The notes under the pieces: generated by a model
Told to the model about the DNA's origin: nothing
Seen by the model: only the letters and a program-made list of their open reading frames with translations
Database searches by the model: none
NCBI GenBank assembly: GCA_937625935.1
Contig: OW569355.1
Location: 186,001-250,000 of the forward strand
Reading direction: 5' to 3'
Origin: Tetramitus jugosus
Taxonomy: Eukaryota; Protista; Heterolobosea
DNA length: 64,000 bases
Translations under genes and position numbers: made by a program
In this document: in pieces, positions 1 to 13,384 of the stretch
Numbering within the stretch: position 1 is the first letter of the stretch
How the letters are laid out: each line of letters opens with the position of its first letter

Positions 1-1
1 C

Positions 2-268
2 TCCAGCACCCACAATAGGAACCACAGAGAGCCACCAAGAGAGAGAGAACACAGAATCACAAACACAACACGAGTAATCAAGGCAACAATGGTCAAACAA
101 TTGATTACTCGTGTTCAACATCCAAGTCACCTGACCCAAGGTTCTCGACTCATCAAGCACTATGTACTGAGTGCATTGTTATCCTTTCTACTACTCTTTC
201 TGGCTCACTACTTGTGGACACTGATTGTTGTTCGGGTGCTACAACTGAGACAGCAACTACAACAATAA
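2..268 (+). CDS. 3' end of an unknown protein with a C-terminal hydrophobic helix (partial, runs in from window start)
   Basis: Frame open from position 2 to TAA 266-268; encodes YVLSALLSFLLLFLAHYLWTLIVVRVL near the C-terminus. Confidence 0.4.
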   Translation, partial: SSTHNRNHREPPREREHRITNTTRVIKATMVKQLITRVQHPSHLTQGSRLIKHYVLSALLSFLLLFLAHYLWTLIVVRVLQLRQQLQQ

Positions 269-378
269 TAAATTGCAATGAGAGGGGAAACTCTGTCGTC
301 TCTGTCCTTCACTTTTGATCTATTTACAATTTTTGTTTTATTGATTCATTGCTTAACAACAATCATCAATCAGATCTG

Positions 379-1701
379 TTAAAAGTAATCCACTTTGAGA
401 TCACTGTTTGTTGCCAATAGTTTCTTAATTGTGAGCTTACTCTGACCATCCAAGTCATTCTCACCCAGATTAATCAATTGCAAGTGTGGTAATTGACACG
501 ATCTCATCAGTATCAACTCTTGAACAATGTACACCGCAGTTTCACCTTGTATACGATTGCACCACAAGTCCAAAACTTGCAATTGACTCAAGTGCTGTAC
601 ACTGGATGTGATGAGAGATGCAATGGGGAATGTAATGTGATGACCCGACAGTGTCAAATGAGTCAACTGTTGACTGTTGAGCAGAATGGGTGATATGCAC
701 TGTGACCATGCATCAGAATCAATAAAGTGATGATCCTTGTCATCATCCACCAACCATAGACTACTACTACTACTACTACTGTTGTTGTTGTTATTATTAT
801 TATTGTTGTTATTATTGTTATTATTATTATTGTAATTGTTACTTGTTGTTGCGACTCGATGACCAATGCCTCTCATGGTTAAGCGTGTCATGATTCGATT
901 GCCAACAAATGATTGAAAGAATATGTGACATCCAATGTTGCCATTCAATTGAACACTGATATTTCGATATTGATTCTCTTCCAACAATTGTTGTTGCTGT
1001 TGCTGTGATGATGATAATGTACTATGAGTAAAAGTACGATTAGTAGTAGTAGTGGTAATGATTTGAACTTGACATGCATCTCTCAATTCATTCAACAATT
1101 GAACCAATGGTTTATTCCAATTGTATTGAATGAGATGTGAGTACTTGTTGTTGGTATCAAATGTGTATGATGATGAACATGAGGATGATATGGTTGATGA
1201 TGATGGTGGTGACAGAGGAGAATTCTTTTGTTGTCCATTGCCAACAAATTGTGGGTGTTGTTGTTGTTGTTGTGGATGGTGAGAAGAATATGGTGGTGGT
1301 GGTGGAGGTTGTGGTTGTTGATGTTGGAGATTGGATTTATCATATTGATTGTAACTTGTTGTTTGTTGTTGTAGTTGCTGAGAGGGCAGTGCTGATTGAT
1401 GATGATGATAATAATTAGATGGAGAATTGGATAATTGTTGTGATGATGACGACGATGAGGATAACATGATTGGATAATACACTTGTGGCTCTTGTTGTTG
1501 TTGACAATAATAATTGTTCACATTCGATGATGATGATGATGACTGTGCCATGAGTGGAGGAGCACTGGCATCAATGTCATCCAATCGATTGAATGATGAA
1601 GAAGAACTGTTGTTGTTATCATTATTGTTGTTGTTGTTGTTGCTTGGAGAGAGTAATCTTCTCTTGGAACCCAATTTCTTACCCAGACCAAACAATGTCA
1701 T
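379..1701 (-). CDS. Leucine-rich-repeat (RI-like) protein with low-complexity N-terminus
   Basis: 440-aa ORF; C-terminal LRR-type segments LTHLTLSGHHI, LQVLDLWCNRI, LQLINLGENDL; N/S/Q tracts. Confidence 0.7.
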   Translation of the reverse strand: MTLFGLGKKLGSKRRLLSPSNNNNNNNDNNNSSSSSFNRLDDIDASAPPLMAQSSSSSSNVNNYYCQQQQEPQVYYPIMLSSSSSSSQQLSNSPSNYYHHHQSALPSQQLQQQTTSYNQYDKSNLQHQQPQPPPPPPYSSHHPQQQQQHPQFVGNGQQKNSPLSPPSSSTISSSCSSSYTFDTNNKYSHLIQYNWNKPLVQLLNELRDACQVQIITTTTTNRTFTHSTLSSSQQQQQQLLEENQYRNISVQLNGNIGCHIFFQSFVGNRIMTRLTMRGIGHRVATTSNNYNNNNNNNNNNNNNNNNNSSSSSSSLWLVDDDKDHHFIDSDAWSQCISPILLNSQQLTHLTLSGHHITFPIASLITSSVQHLSQLQVLDLWCNRIQGETAVYIVQELILMRSCQLPHLQLINLGENDLDGQSKLTIKKLLATNSDLKVDYF

Positions 1702-2017
1702 GATCTTCTCTCGAGAGACTGCTCGTACTCGCTCTAATGGAGTGTGTTTTGATGTCTTTTTTGTTGTTGTTGTTGCTTGGGTGTTTTTTGGTTGTCGGAG
1801 CTAGTCCAATTTGATGCTTCCATCAAGACCTGAGGGGGACATTGCGTGTGTTGTCTGGCGGCTCTCCCAAACATTTCAGAAAGAAACACACAAACTGACA
1901 AAAAGCTTGGATCCATCAGACATTCAGACATTCATGATAATAGTCATCATCGTCCCATATTATCAATAATAAATATATTTGCATCACAGACATTGTCAAA
2001 AACCAAGCAAGCAAACA

Positions 2018-2343
2018 ATGAGGCAGTCAACCACCACCACCATTCCTCCCCACCTACGACTACTGCTACTACCACTAGTAGTAGTCGTTGTGGTTCATCT
2101 CCTACTAATCCCTGTATCATCATATACTCCATCCTTCTCCCAGTATCACAACTATGCTGAATTGACTCAAATGTTGCAATACTTTGAATCTCAATACCCC
2201 ACCCATACTCACTTGTTCTCCATTGGACAATCTGTTGAGAAGAGAGAAATGTACATGATTCAACTATTCAACAATGATGGTGCATCCACAACAACAACTA
2301 CAACTACAACTACAACAACTACAACAACACCTATTACTACTAT

Positions 2344-2376
<33 letters not shown>

Positions 2377-3652
2377 AGCACAATTATCATCATTGTTGAA
2401 TGATTATTTAAGCAAGAGAAAACCAAATTTTCGATTCACTGGTAACATGCACGGGGATGAACCAGTGGGCAAGGAACTCATTTTGCGAATGACTCACTAT
2501 CTGTTGTTGTCAACTACTGCTACTACTTCAACAGATCAAGTGCATGAACGAGTCAATCGTCTCCTGTCCAATGTCAACATTTATATGCTACCGTGCTACA
2601 ATCCAGATGGATATGAAAAGTCTACGAGAGGCAATGCCAATGGATATGATCTCAATAGAAACTTTCCAGATCAATTCATTGTGAATACTGACGCCATTCA
2701 ACCAGAGACTCACAACATGATGAACTATATATTGAATGGTGGTGGTGGTGGTGGAAATGTGTCATCAGTGTCATCTCATCATCATTTCGTGTTGGCTGCT
2801 GTCATGCACGGTGGTAGTCTCGTGGCTAGCTATGGCTACGATGGCAATGCACAAGGATCTTCTGCCAGTCGCATCTACAGTGCCAGTCCAGACGATGCAC
2901 TCAATATTCACTTGGCCACACTGTACAGCAAGGCTCACAAGAAGATGAGTTACAAGGAACACAATAGTGAATTTGGTGGAGCACCATTCTATGGTGTGAC
3001 CAATGGTGCCTACTGGTATCCATTGTATGGTGGCATGCAAGATTACAATTATATACATGGTCAACCGTGCAATGAGATTACATTGGAGGTGTCCATGACA
3101 AAAACACCGGACAAGAGTGAACTGGGCACGTTCTGGAATGACAATTTTGAGAGTATGATGCAATATATGGAACAATCCTATCAGTGCACTCTAGGTGGTG
3201 TTGTCTATTACAATTCATCCAGTAGTAGTAGCAGTGGTGGTAGCAGTGGTAGTGGTACGATTGAGATTCTCAATCAACAGAGAATCAATGTGCACATCAC
3301 TGGTGTCAATGGCCACAATGTGTCCACGACAGATGGTGTCTACTATCGCATGCTCGTACCCGAAGTAACTTACAATGTCACCTTCTTCACAGATGACTTT
3401 GACCTCGTGTACAAGGTGTGCAATGTAAAGATTGAGGAGGCACGAAAGAGAACATCGATTCTTCGCATTGATGTGCCCATGAGGAATCTCACATCTGGTG
3501 CACCGCAACTCGTTGCTCAGTTGCCATGTGACGAGATGTTTGTGAGCGAACCAGAGACGTCAGTTTCATCTGCTTCACATGGCAGAACTCACTATTCAAG
3601 TCTTCCTATTGTTGCTCTTCTCCTGCTCATTTGTCTCTTGAATCTAGCATAA
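2018..3652 (+). CDS. Zinc metallocarboxypeptidase M14 (CPD/CPE-like), secreted and probably GPI-anchored
   Basis: GNMHGDE, NPDG, DLNRNFP, HGG, GGMQDYNY and ITLEVS motifs; signal peptide; hydrophobic C-terminal tail; ATG at 2018. Confidence 0.92.
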
Positions 3653-4466
3653 AATGAATGAACTACAACCAAATCGTGCAACGTAATCTTTGAACCTTCA
3701 AATTCGGGTCCATTCTCTTTTGAACAAGGGTTAACCAACCTTACCATCTTCTGACAACAAAAACCAAGGGACCAAGTATGAAATGCTTTAAGATCGGAAC
3801 AACTGTGTATTGAGTTTTGTGACACTCCAGAATGGGTGCTATTGAGTTTTGAGAACAATAGTGCATCTCGAGCGGGTGAGTGCCTTCCAAGAATTGACAG
3901 TGCTCAGCCACTACATTCCGTCGCCCAGCGAAGTAAACAGTAAAGAGTGTTATGATAGGTCTAAATTTGTGAAAAATACTCAAAACGTAAATTTGAATTT
4001 TGTAAGTTTCATTTTTAATTCGTTAAGATTCGAGTTATTATTTGTAGAACTAATACAAACGCGTAACTAAAACTAATAATTAACAATACAAGATTATAAT
4101 TAAAAATATTTTATAAGCGTAGTATATCACCATGTTAGTTGTACGAATGTGTTTTGTGAGTGCTTGAAACGTTAGTATCTTCGAATTAGCTGTTGGATGG
4201 GTGTTTTACGGTGTCTCAAAAATTTCTTGTTGTTTCACTTTCTGAAACAGCTGATGCTGGAACTCTCTTCAATGCAAAAATACAAGGAGTGAAGGCCTTG
4301 TTGAGTTTGACTCTAGTTTGGTTTTGTGGAATAACGAAAGAGATGTAGTTTCGCAACCGCCAAAACACTGATCGAGTTCCAAATCTGTTTCAGTAAAATC
4401 CCATCATTAGGCTTCTGCATTTTGAGTGAAAAACCAAATCAAAAACATTCCACGACAGAGAACAAG

Positions 4467-4958
4467 ATGTCTTCATCAATTGTCCGTTCAAAATGGCCAC
4501 TGATTCTATCCGCATATGCCGTCTCTATCAATGGTGCATGTGCATATGCATTCTATGATGATAAGCAGAGAGCATTGAACAACGAGTGGAGAATACCAGA
4601 GAAATCATTGTGTCTGTTGGGAGTCATGGGCGGGTGGATTGGAGGTTATTGGGCCATGAACCAGTTTAGACACAAGACCAAGAAGGCCAGTTTCCGACAA
4701 CAATTCTTCACATCGACCATGATGAACATTGGTGCCGTGGGTATGATTGGTCATCGAATGAAGGGTGGGCAATCACTCTTGTTGCAACAATTGTTGCAAA
4801 AGGGAGGATTGAAGCAGCATCACACACTGAATCAGAGACAACAGGATCTCTATTCCAAAACATGGAAACAACGACCTTCCAAGAAGGATCAACAACAACA
4901 ACAACAGCCACAACAACAACAACAACCAGCATCATCATCATCATCCTCCTCCACATGA
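4467..4958 (+). CDS. DUF1294 family membrane protein
   Basis: DKQRA..WRIPEKSL..GGWIG..FRHKTKK..F signature; ATG at 4467. Confidence 0.8.
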   Translation: MSSSIVRSKWPLILSAYAVSINGACAYAFYDDKQRALNNEWRIPEKSLCLLGVMGGWIGGYWAMNQFRHKTKKASFRQQFFTSTMMNIGAVGMIGHRMKGGQSLLLQQLLQKGGLKQHHTLNQRQQDLYSKTWKQRPSKKDQQQQQQPQQQQQPASSSSSSST

Positions 4959-5054
4959 CACACTCATCAACAAAATAGAGCAATCCGGAAAAGAATAACA
5001 AGTATGAATAGAGAGAGAGAGCGAGAGAGAGAGAGAGAATTCATAGTGATACAT

Positions 5055-5819
5055 TTATTCATCGTCCGATTCTTCTTCTTCATCATCACCATCGACATCT
5101 TCATCTGCAATGGCACTCAAGTAGAATGCAACAGGATCTTCCAAAATGTCCTGTTGAATCAAATCACAGAAATCAGCATCCATTTCACCCTCAGTCTCAA
5201 ACATGGTAAAGAATGACTCATCACTCACTTCTTCATGCTTTCTCTTCTTGCTATTCTTTTGTTGCTTCTTTTGCTGCTTCTGCTTCTTCTTTTCATCCTT
5301 CCAATGAATTTCACCAGATTGCTTAATCTCCAAGAATTCTTCCTCCTGTTGTTCTTCTCCCTTGTCCGATGGCATAGAAGCAGTGACTTGCTTCCACAGC
5401 TGTGCATCACTAAAGAATGGATTCTTTGCTGCATCAAATTCAAATTCAATTCTTGTGGTCTGATGCTTCTTTTCTTCATCAAATGAAATGTTGGCTGTAA
5501 TGTTGGTACAGAATTTGAGCATTTCAGCATCTTCATCAGTCATCATTCCTCCAATCAAGTCATGTGAACTGAGAACGAGAGCCCAGAAACTAGGCACTGA
5601 CTTTAATGCTTCCTTTCTCTGTTGATACAATGGTAGTTTCTTTGCTTGATAATCAAGTGTAATCTTTCTCATTTCAGCATGTTCTTGACCAATGACTGAA
5701 TTGATTTGATTTTGAACTTGAATGACATTCTTGAGCAAGTCACTCAGGTTTTTGGCTGCTTCTGTTGCTGATGGTGGTGGTGGTTGTTCAGTCTTGGCCT
5801 TCTTGTTGTTCTTTCCCAT
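5055..5819 (-). CDS. Nucleosome assembly protein (NAP/SET family)
   Basis: PLYQQR..VPSFW, NPFFSD..LWK, IHWK and SFFTMF motifs; acidic tail. Confidence 0.85.
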   Translation of the reverse strand: MGKNNKKAKTEQPPPPSATEAAKNLSDLLKNVIQVQNQINSVIGQEHAEMRKITLDYQAKKLPLYQQRKEALKSVPSFWALVLSSHDLIGGMMTDEDAEMLKFCTNITANISFDEEKKHQTTRIEFEFDAAKNPFFSDAQLWKQVTASMPSDKGEEQQEEEFLEIKQSGEIHWKDEKKKQKQQKKQQKNSKKRKHEEVSDESFFTMFETEGEMDADFCDLIQQDILEDPVAFYLSAIADEDVDGDDEEEESDDE

Positions 5820-6077
5820 GTTGGTGGATTGATTGATTGATTTTGTTGTTTGATTTTGTTGTTGTGGTGGTGGTGGTGGTGGATCTTTGTATGAAGAATT
5901 GAACATTGCACGGTGGTGTTGCGTTCAACATCTTACCTGAAGTTTCATTGCGGAGAATCATGAGAAAAATTCAAACAACCGACCAACGAAGAAAAAAAAA
6001 AGAAGATCACCTGGGACGAGGAGATTCCATCAGACACATACGCACGTACATACCTACATAGATAGATTTACAAAACA

Positions 6078-6581
6078 ATGATGAACATGAATTCAAATGA
6101 TAGAAACATTGTGAATCGTAACAAGATTCAAGAGATTGTCAATCAGATTGATCCGAGACATACGCTCGATCCAGAAGTAGAAGAAATATTGTTGGAAGTA
6201 GTGGATGAATTCATGGACAGTGTCACTGGGTTTGCATGTGCACTGGCCAAGCACAGAAACAGTGATTCATTGCAAGTGAGAGATCTTCAAGTGCACTTGC
6301 AGAATCAATGGGGAATGAAGATACCTGGATTTATGTTGGATGATGCGAGTTCGATTGGTGGTGGTGGTGATGCAAGCAGCACTACTCATCTATTCATAAA
6401 CAAGCGACCATTGACCGAAGTTCACAAGGAAAGAATAAAAATGGTCAAATCAAGTGAAATGAAATGGCAGAGAACAGCAAAGAAGGCAACAACAACAACA
6501 ACAACAAACACTAACATTAGTACGTCATCATCATCAGCAACATCATCCATATCCACCAACACTTCTGCAGTGGATCATTAA
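6078..6581 (+). CDS. TAF12: TFIID subunit TAF12 (histone fold)
   Basis: LDPEVEEILLEVVDEF..ACALAKHRNSDSLQVRDLQVHLQNQWGMKIPGF. Confidence 0.9.
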   Translation: MMNMNSNDRNIVNRNKIQEIVNQIDPRHTLDPEVEEILLEVVDEFMDSVTGFACALAKHRNSDSLQVRDLQVHLQNQWGMKIPGFMLDDASSIGGGGDASSTTHLFINKRPLTEVHKERIKMVKSSEMKWQRTAKKATTTTTTNTNISTSSSSATSSISTNTSAVDH

Positions 6582-6809
6582 ATCGTTTTTTTTCATTGTA
6601 TCTCTTTTGTCCGACGTCATATTCTATTTTTAAGGTTTGAAATTCTTCAAATCGAAGAATAAAAAATGTGCCCGACTTCCGACTTGGACGACCGAATTTT
6701 CACCATCACACACAACAAGAAGGAACAACAACAAATCGCAAAATAACAACACGCGAAGGAACACACGAACACATACAAAACCATACGCACAAACATACAA
6801 CACCAAAAT

Positions 6810-7337
6810 ATGTCTTCGAACAATGACCATCAAAAAGAGGATAACATGACCATTATCAGAAAGATTAGGGCAAAACAAGAGAACAACATGTGTATTGATT
6901 GCAGTACAAAGAATCCTGATTGGTGTTCTGTTCCCTATGGAGTATTCATTTGCATGAATTGTTCTTCTATTCATCGGAACCTTGGTGTTCACTTGTCATT
7001 TGTTAGGTAAGAAACACTCTACTATTATTGTTGTTGTTACTATGATTATGATTGTCCCATACATGAACACACACGTTCTCTCTCATTTCATTGTTGAATC
7101 ATCATTCATCTCTGACACGATATATAAATTTCATAGATCACCAGTGTATGACAAGTGGAGTGATGAACAACTGCAATTCATGATACTGGGTGGCAATGCA
7201 AAAGCACGTGACTACTTTAAGAAGAATGGATTGGATGGACAACCAGCCAAATCCAAATACAGTCATCACAGTGCTCTCCACTACAAGCAACAATTGAGGA
7301 CACAAGTAGATAGAGTGTATGTATTTATATTTCTGTG

Positions 7338-7376
<39 letters not shown>

Positions 7377-8529
7377 ACTCTTTAATTTTGTCTTGTTGGA
7401 TAATGTGAATGGATGTCTCTAACACTCATTTTGTTTGTTTGTGTCTCTCTCTCTCTCTATTGATAGTCTCTCCACCAAATCACCATCACCAAACAATCAC
7501 AACAACAACAACAACAACAATACAATGATCAAACAATCAACCACCACCACCACTACTGTGACTGTCAAACAACAAGTCAATAATAATAATAGTAGCAGTG
7601 AATGGGATTTTGAAAAACAAATTGAAAGTGAATTGTCAGCAAAGAAGAGTAAGCAAGAAGTGACCGCATCAGCATCAGTAACAGCAACAACAACATCTCA
7701 TGTTGTCAAAACATCTGCGCCTAAAAAGAAGCCCATCTCTATTCAATCTCATCACAACAACAACAACAATAGCCCTAGTCCACTCGGCAATAACAATGAC
7801 AATGGTGATACCTTATTCAGTGATTCTAGACTTCAAAAACAACGCATGTCCAACAACAACAACAACAGTCCTTCTCCTGTATCATCATCATCAACAATAT
7901 CATCATCATCCATGGATAAAACGAAGCGCAGAACACAAAAGAATGATAAAGATGACAATGATGATGATGATGATGATGACTTTTTCAGCAATGACTGGGA
8001 CAAGGATGATGACAAGTGGTCCAAGAACAAGAAACAATCATCATTCAACCACAATAACAACAACAATAACAAACTTGGTAACAAGAGTGCCAATAATAGT
8101 TACAAATCGAGTCCAACTGCTGGCATCAGTGGTCGAAGTACATTTGGTAATGAACGCTACGCATCAAGCACCACTGCTCAGGCTAACAACAACACTAATA
8201 ACAATGACCATGATCATTACAGCAGTAATAATAATAATAATAATAATAATAGTAATAATAGTGGCTCTCGTTATGTTGGAATTGGATCGTCGTATGCAAC
8301 GAGTCGCATGCCATCATCATCCTCTGCTTCATCATTCGGCAGTACTGGTGTCAGTATTACTGATATGGAGGCATCTGATATGGCATGGTACTTGTCAGAG
8401 ACTGCAAAGGACTACAGTGGCAAAATTGCTCAAAAGACATCAGAGTACACTACCTACTTGAGTGATGTCAGTGGAAATGTCGGTGGTAAAGTAGGTGAAT
8501 GGTTCTCAAAGATGATCACTGATGATTGA
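6810..8529 (+). CDS. ArfGAP (ArfGAP2/3-Glo3-like), three exons
   Basis: CIDC-x16[19 protein letters not shown]; intron ~7007-7137; then [14 protein letters not shown]; second intron ~7317-7466 (approximate); RYVGIGS near the C-terminus. Confidence 0.85.
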
Positions 8530-9338
8530 AACTTGCAGAGGTGATCTGCCTACTACTTCATCATTCCTTTTTCCCACCACACCCCCGTAACTTAACGAAT
8601 AACCAAACACAATGACAATCAATAAAGAAGCACACACAACATTTGAAACCAACAACCTATTTTTCACAGAAAAAATTTCATGGACAGAAGGAAATGAATG
8701 AAAGTGAGTTTATTTCATTTGTGGAGACACTCTGAGTCTCTCGATCGTTGTCGCATCACTGATTATGTGAAAACGAGGACAAGTTGATGCAAAAGAAGTT
8801 CGCATCTGATGGGAGATTCACATATTGAATGTGTGTGTGCTTGTGTGTGTGCGTGTGTGAATGCATGTTGCATGTGTGTCATTGATACACATCATTACAA
8901 ATGCTACTACTACTCCTACTATTACGATGACATAACATACGCTTTTGTAGATCCTAGAGTACAATCGAGGCACTCAAAGGATTGTGCATGGTACTTAGAT
9001 GTATGTACTCTCTATTTCATCAGTTGTATATGTGTGTGTTGTTATGAACTGGATTACATACATGATTGATGTCCGACATATACAATGATATACTCCCATT
9101 ATCTCTCTCTCTCATTCTTTGAATAAAATAAACATAATAATTATAATAATAATATGCAAAGAATAGAATGATTTCACACAAAGTGAATAATACACACACA
9201 CAAACACACATAGAAGGTGGTGAGTAATGTTCTGTCTCTCAGAGAGCGGCCTTGTTGTTGCTGTTGATTTTTTTGTTTTTTTCTGTAGCTGTTTGTGAGA
9301 GCACGCTCGTGCGCTTTGTTAAAAAGCCAAATAATCAC

Positions 9339-9896
9339 TTAATCATCATAGTCACTCATTGAATCATATGCATATTCATCACCATCAGTTTTTGTACTGT
9401 CTTCCTCCTCATCAGTATCATCATGACTATTGTTGTTGTTATCATTGTATTCTTGTTGTTGAATTTTCTGTTGTTGTGTCATCATTCTCTCTTTCAACAC
9501 GTGATATTCCAAGCAGAGACAGAATTTGGGAATCAATAGAGTGTTGCTGTTGTTACTCTTCTTGTTATTTTTAAGATTGTTAGTAGTAGTCTTGGAGGAA
9601 GATGATGATGATGAAATGAGAGAGACGAGAGCATAGTCATCATCCATTGACAATTGAATGACATGAGCAATCTTTCCATGCAAGGATGGATCAATCTCAG
9701 CCATAATCTCAAACTCTTCTGGAACGTTGATGAACACTCGATCATTGATTTGAATGTGATGATAATTGTGAGTAGAGGAAATGAATTTGAGAGTATTTGT
9801 AAGATTGTTATTGTTGTTATTATTGATATTGTGCTTGTTGAATTGAGGAGAAGAGTGGGAAGTGGAACCAGCAGTAAAAGTAGTTGAGAATGTCAT
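9339..9896 (-). CDS. Uncharacterised protein, possibly with a small SH3/KOW-like beta domain
   Basis: 185-aa ORF with host-like low-complexity tracts and a globular INDRVFIN..GKIAHVI..ALVSL segment. Confidence 0.5.
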   Translation of the reverse strand: MTFSTTFTAGSTSHSSPQFNKHNINNNNNNNLTNTLKFISSTHNYHHIQINDRVFINVPEEFEIMAEIDPSLHGKIAHVIQLSMDDDYALVSLISSSSSSSKTTTNNLKNNKKSNNSNTLLIPKFCLCLEYHVLKERMMTQQQKIQQQEYNDNNNNSHDDTDEEEDSTKTDGDEYAYDSMSDYDD

Positions 9897-10350
9897 TGTA
9901 TGAATGGGTAATGAGTTGAGTTATTATGATTTGTCGTTGTGGTTGTTTTGTTGTCGTTGTTGGTTTTTGTGTGTGGTCACGTGTTGTGAATTTAAAAAGA
10001 GTGGATGTCGAACATCACCACCTTCATCATGAACTTGAATGCCACAAAATTTGCATGACGCCGTTCCGATTTACAATCACAAGATCCGGAATATGCATAC
10101 GAATTGAACAATGTTCAATAATTTACTCACGTGTTAATACTCCGGGCGTGTTAATACTCCGTCACAAAAAATTGCTCATCGGTGAAATGATACGAACACT
10201 TGTTCTTTTTTTAATGACAATCACAAAACAGCATCTTTTGTATTTGGTTTTTAGTGACGTATTGGTTTTGTGTTCGGGAACACAAAACAGCAGAGTATTT
10301 GACAGACAATCAATCTTCATCAACAACAAGCAACACCACCTACCACCAAC

Positions 10351-13110
10351 ATGTCGCTGATGAACAATAACCACACGAGTACCATTGTACCATCATCATC
10401 ATCACCATCATCATGTGATTTACAATCCATGCAACGCAATGCCATCATTCAAATGATCCAACTCTCCAATCAATATGCGTCTTCTTCATCTTTGATGGAC
10501 AGCACTGATTCACATCACAACAACAGCTCCACCAACAAGAAGAAAAAGAATCAAAAATCAATCAAAAATACCAACGACCTTGGCAAATCACTCACCGATC
10601 TAAAAATATCTCAATGGAGAGTGTTGGTGTTGGATGAGACGTGTAGAGACATTTTGGCCCCCATTTTAAAAGTAGGTGATCTGAGAGCACTGGGCATCAC
10701 TCTTTTATTGAGTATGAAGGATGACAATAGACAACAGATACCAGATGCACCTGCAGTGTACTTTATGATGCCAACTGAAGAGAATATACAACGATTGGTT
10801 CAAGTATGTTATTGTTATTATTAATTATTCTTATTTATGATTATTATTGTTATTATTGTTATTGTTATTATTGTTATTATTATTATTGTATAGGATCATC
10901 TCTGCTATAGATTGTGAACTGACACATATGTATCTCCACTCCCATTCAATGCACAACACATAACAAACGAATAGGACTGTGTCAATGATTTGTATCAATC
11001 GATTCAAGTCCATTTTGCCATGAGCATCAGTCGAAAACTGTTGGAATACATGGCTGATCAACTCGTGCAACACAATGTCACTCACAAGATTGATCGCCTG
11101 TTTGATCAATTTGTCAACTTTAAGTGCATTGAACAAAATTTTTTCACCTTGGGCATGAACAATGTGTTGAGTCGCTTGTTTGATCCATCCAACAAGGAGG
11201 AGAGTGATATTAGACCATTGATTGATCAAACTGCCAGTGGAATCACATCTGTCTGTATGACTAGTCTCTATGATAACAATAACATGAATAGTAACAATAG
11301 TAGTATGGGTAGTAGTAATAGTAGTAGTAGTAGTGGTAGTGGTAGTAGTAATAGTAGTCATCAGTCATGTCCATTGATTGTTTATCCCAATAGAGGTACA
11401 CCTGCTACTCTTGTGGGTCAAACTGTAGCAAAGACTCTCAAGAATATGAATCGTATTGAATTGTCACACTATGATGCATCATCATCATCCTCATCAACAA
11501 CATCTTCATCATCGCTGTTGAACAAGACAAAAACAACAGCAAAAAAGAGACCATTGGTCATTGTGTTGGACAGAAGTGTTGATTACAGTGTTTGTTTACA
11601 GCATCAATGGCTCTATAGACCATTGATTCATGACTTGTTTTCTATTCATTTGAATCGAATTCATGTCAACTCTACTACTACAACGGGCACAAACAATAGC
11701 AATACTACCAAGCAAGAAAAGGAAAAGGTGTATGAGATTGAGAGTGACGATATGTTTTGGTCTCGCAACAAAAATGTTGCATTTCCCAATGTGGCCGAAC
11801 ACGTGAGTGAACAATTGGATCATCACAAGAAACAGTTGAGAGAGTTCAATCAGAGAACAGGGCTCAAGATTGATGAACAAGAGTTGTTGTCCAAGGACAG
11901 CACTGATGAAAATGGCAACACTGTACCATCATCATCAAATGCTGCTTCTTCTTCTGTCATGACCAAGCAAATGATTGATCAAGTGTTCCAGTTGGCATCC
12001 GATAGAAAAAAGGTGGAGATGCACACGAATATTGCGCATTCGATACTGAAACAGGTGGATCAGAGACAGTTGGACAAGTTTTATGGCATTGAGGAACAGT
12101 TGATTAAGAATGAGCCGTTGATTAAGGCTGATTTGATTGATTTGTTGGAGGGTGGTGGTGGTACAATTGAAGATAGAGTTCGATTGCTGTGCATTTGCTA
12201 TTTGCATCGCATCACCTATGATTCAATGTATGCTCACTCTTCGTCTGGTCTTCAGTCTCCATCGTTTGATCACTCATTGAGTATGAAGGAGATTGAACAG
12301 TATGAACAAAAATTGGCCCAATTGAGAGCATCTACTACTACTACTACTGCTACTGCTACTGCTGATGATGATCAACAACAGAATTCCTCCAATGACGATA
12401 ATAACAAGACTCTACCAGAGCTTGCCTTCTTCAGGATGATGTCCTCCCAGTTCCACAATCACTTTGAACAACAAAACTATCATCATCTCGATTCCAATGC
12501 ATCCTCAGAGAGTGGATTCAGTGATATTGCAGATTCCGTGAGAAAGTCGTTCAAGATTTTCGGTGAGTCATACAATCGAATCAAGAGCACATTTACATCA
12601 ACTGCGCAACACACATTACCCACATCTAGAATTGTGAAATCATTGGTGTACAACAATTTGAACTCGTTGATGAAGGATGAGTCGTTTGAGATGATTGATC
12701 CTTTGAGTGATTCTGGTAGGCTCACACTGGAGAAGCCAACTTCTCATCATCATCACTCCATGTCATCCTCCTCTTCAGCATCATTGTCCTCCTCACTCGA
12801 TGCATCCGCAACAAACAACAACTGTAAATATAGTCATGTGATTGTGTTTGTTGTCGGTGGTGGTCACTATCTAGAGTACCATCACTTGAATGAGATGTTC
12901 AATGGTGATCTCTCGGCACAACAGAGAGACAGTGGTGACTTGTTGTTGACTGGTGGTGGTGGTAGTGGTGGTGGCTTTAACGGTGGTGACCCGTACAACA
13001 ACAACAACAACAATCCAATACCTTTCCTCTATGGTTGCACCGATGTGTTGACGGGTGAATACTTTTTGAAACAGCTGGGTCAAGTGGGAGCCAAAATACC
13101 TCAAAAGTAA
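10351..13110 (+). CDS. SLY1: Sec1/Munc18 family protein SLY1/SCFD1, two exons
   Basis: WRVLVLD..ILAPILKVGDLRALGITL..RQQIPDAPAVYF; intron 10804-10974 (GTATGT..ATAG); RPLVIVLDRSVD, MHTNIA, VFVVGGG. Confidence 0.9.
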
Positions 13111-13384
13111 GTAGCAATGCTTTAGTCGGTATATCATCACCTATATCATACAATAAATGCACCATTGTATTTCCACATACACACCTTGATGTTCTATTCG
13201 CGCATTCGAAAGGGATAGGAGAAACCCTTGAAAATCGACAGTCTCTTTTGGAAATGGAGGAGCCAAGACTTGCACAAACCAATTTCAAATTCATCCAACA
13301 ACAATCGAGAAAAAAAAAACCAAACCACCACCACCATCAATCACATCAGAACCAACGAACCTACTACGTTCTACTGTAAAGATC

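Noticed and set aside
3950-4120. AT-rich intergenic tract as a MITE or replication origin
   Set aside because: No terminal inverted repeats, TSD or second copy found in the window.
8736-8816. Possible C/D-box snoRNA (CTGA boxes, short terminal stem)
   Set aside because: No convincing RTGATGA box C and no guide target could be verified.
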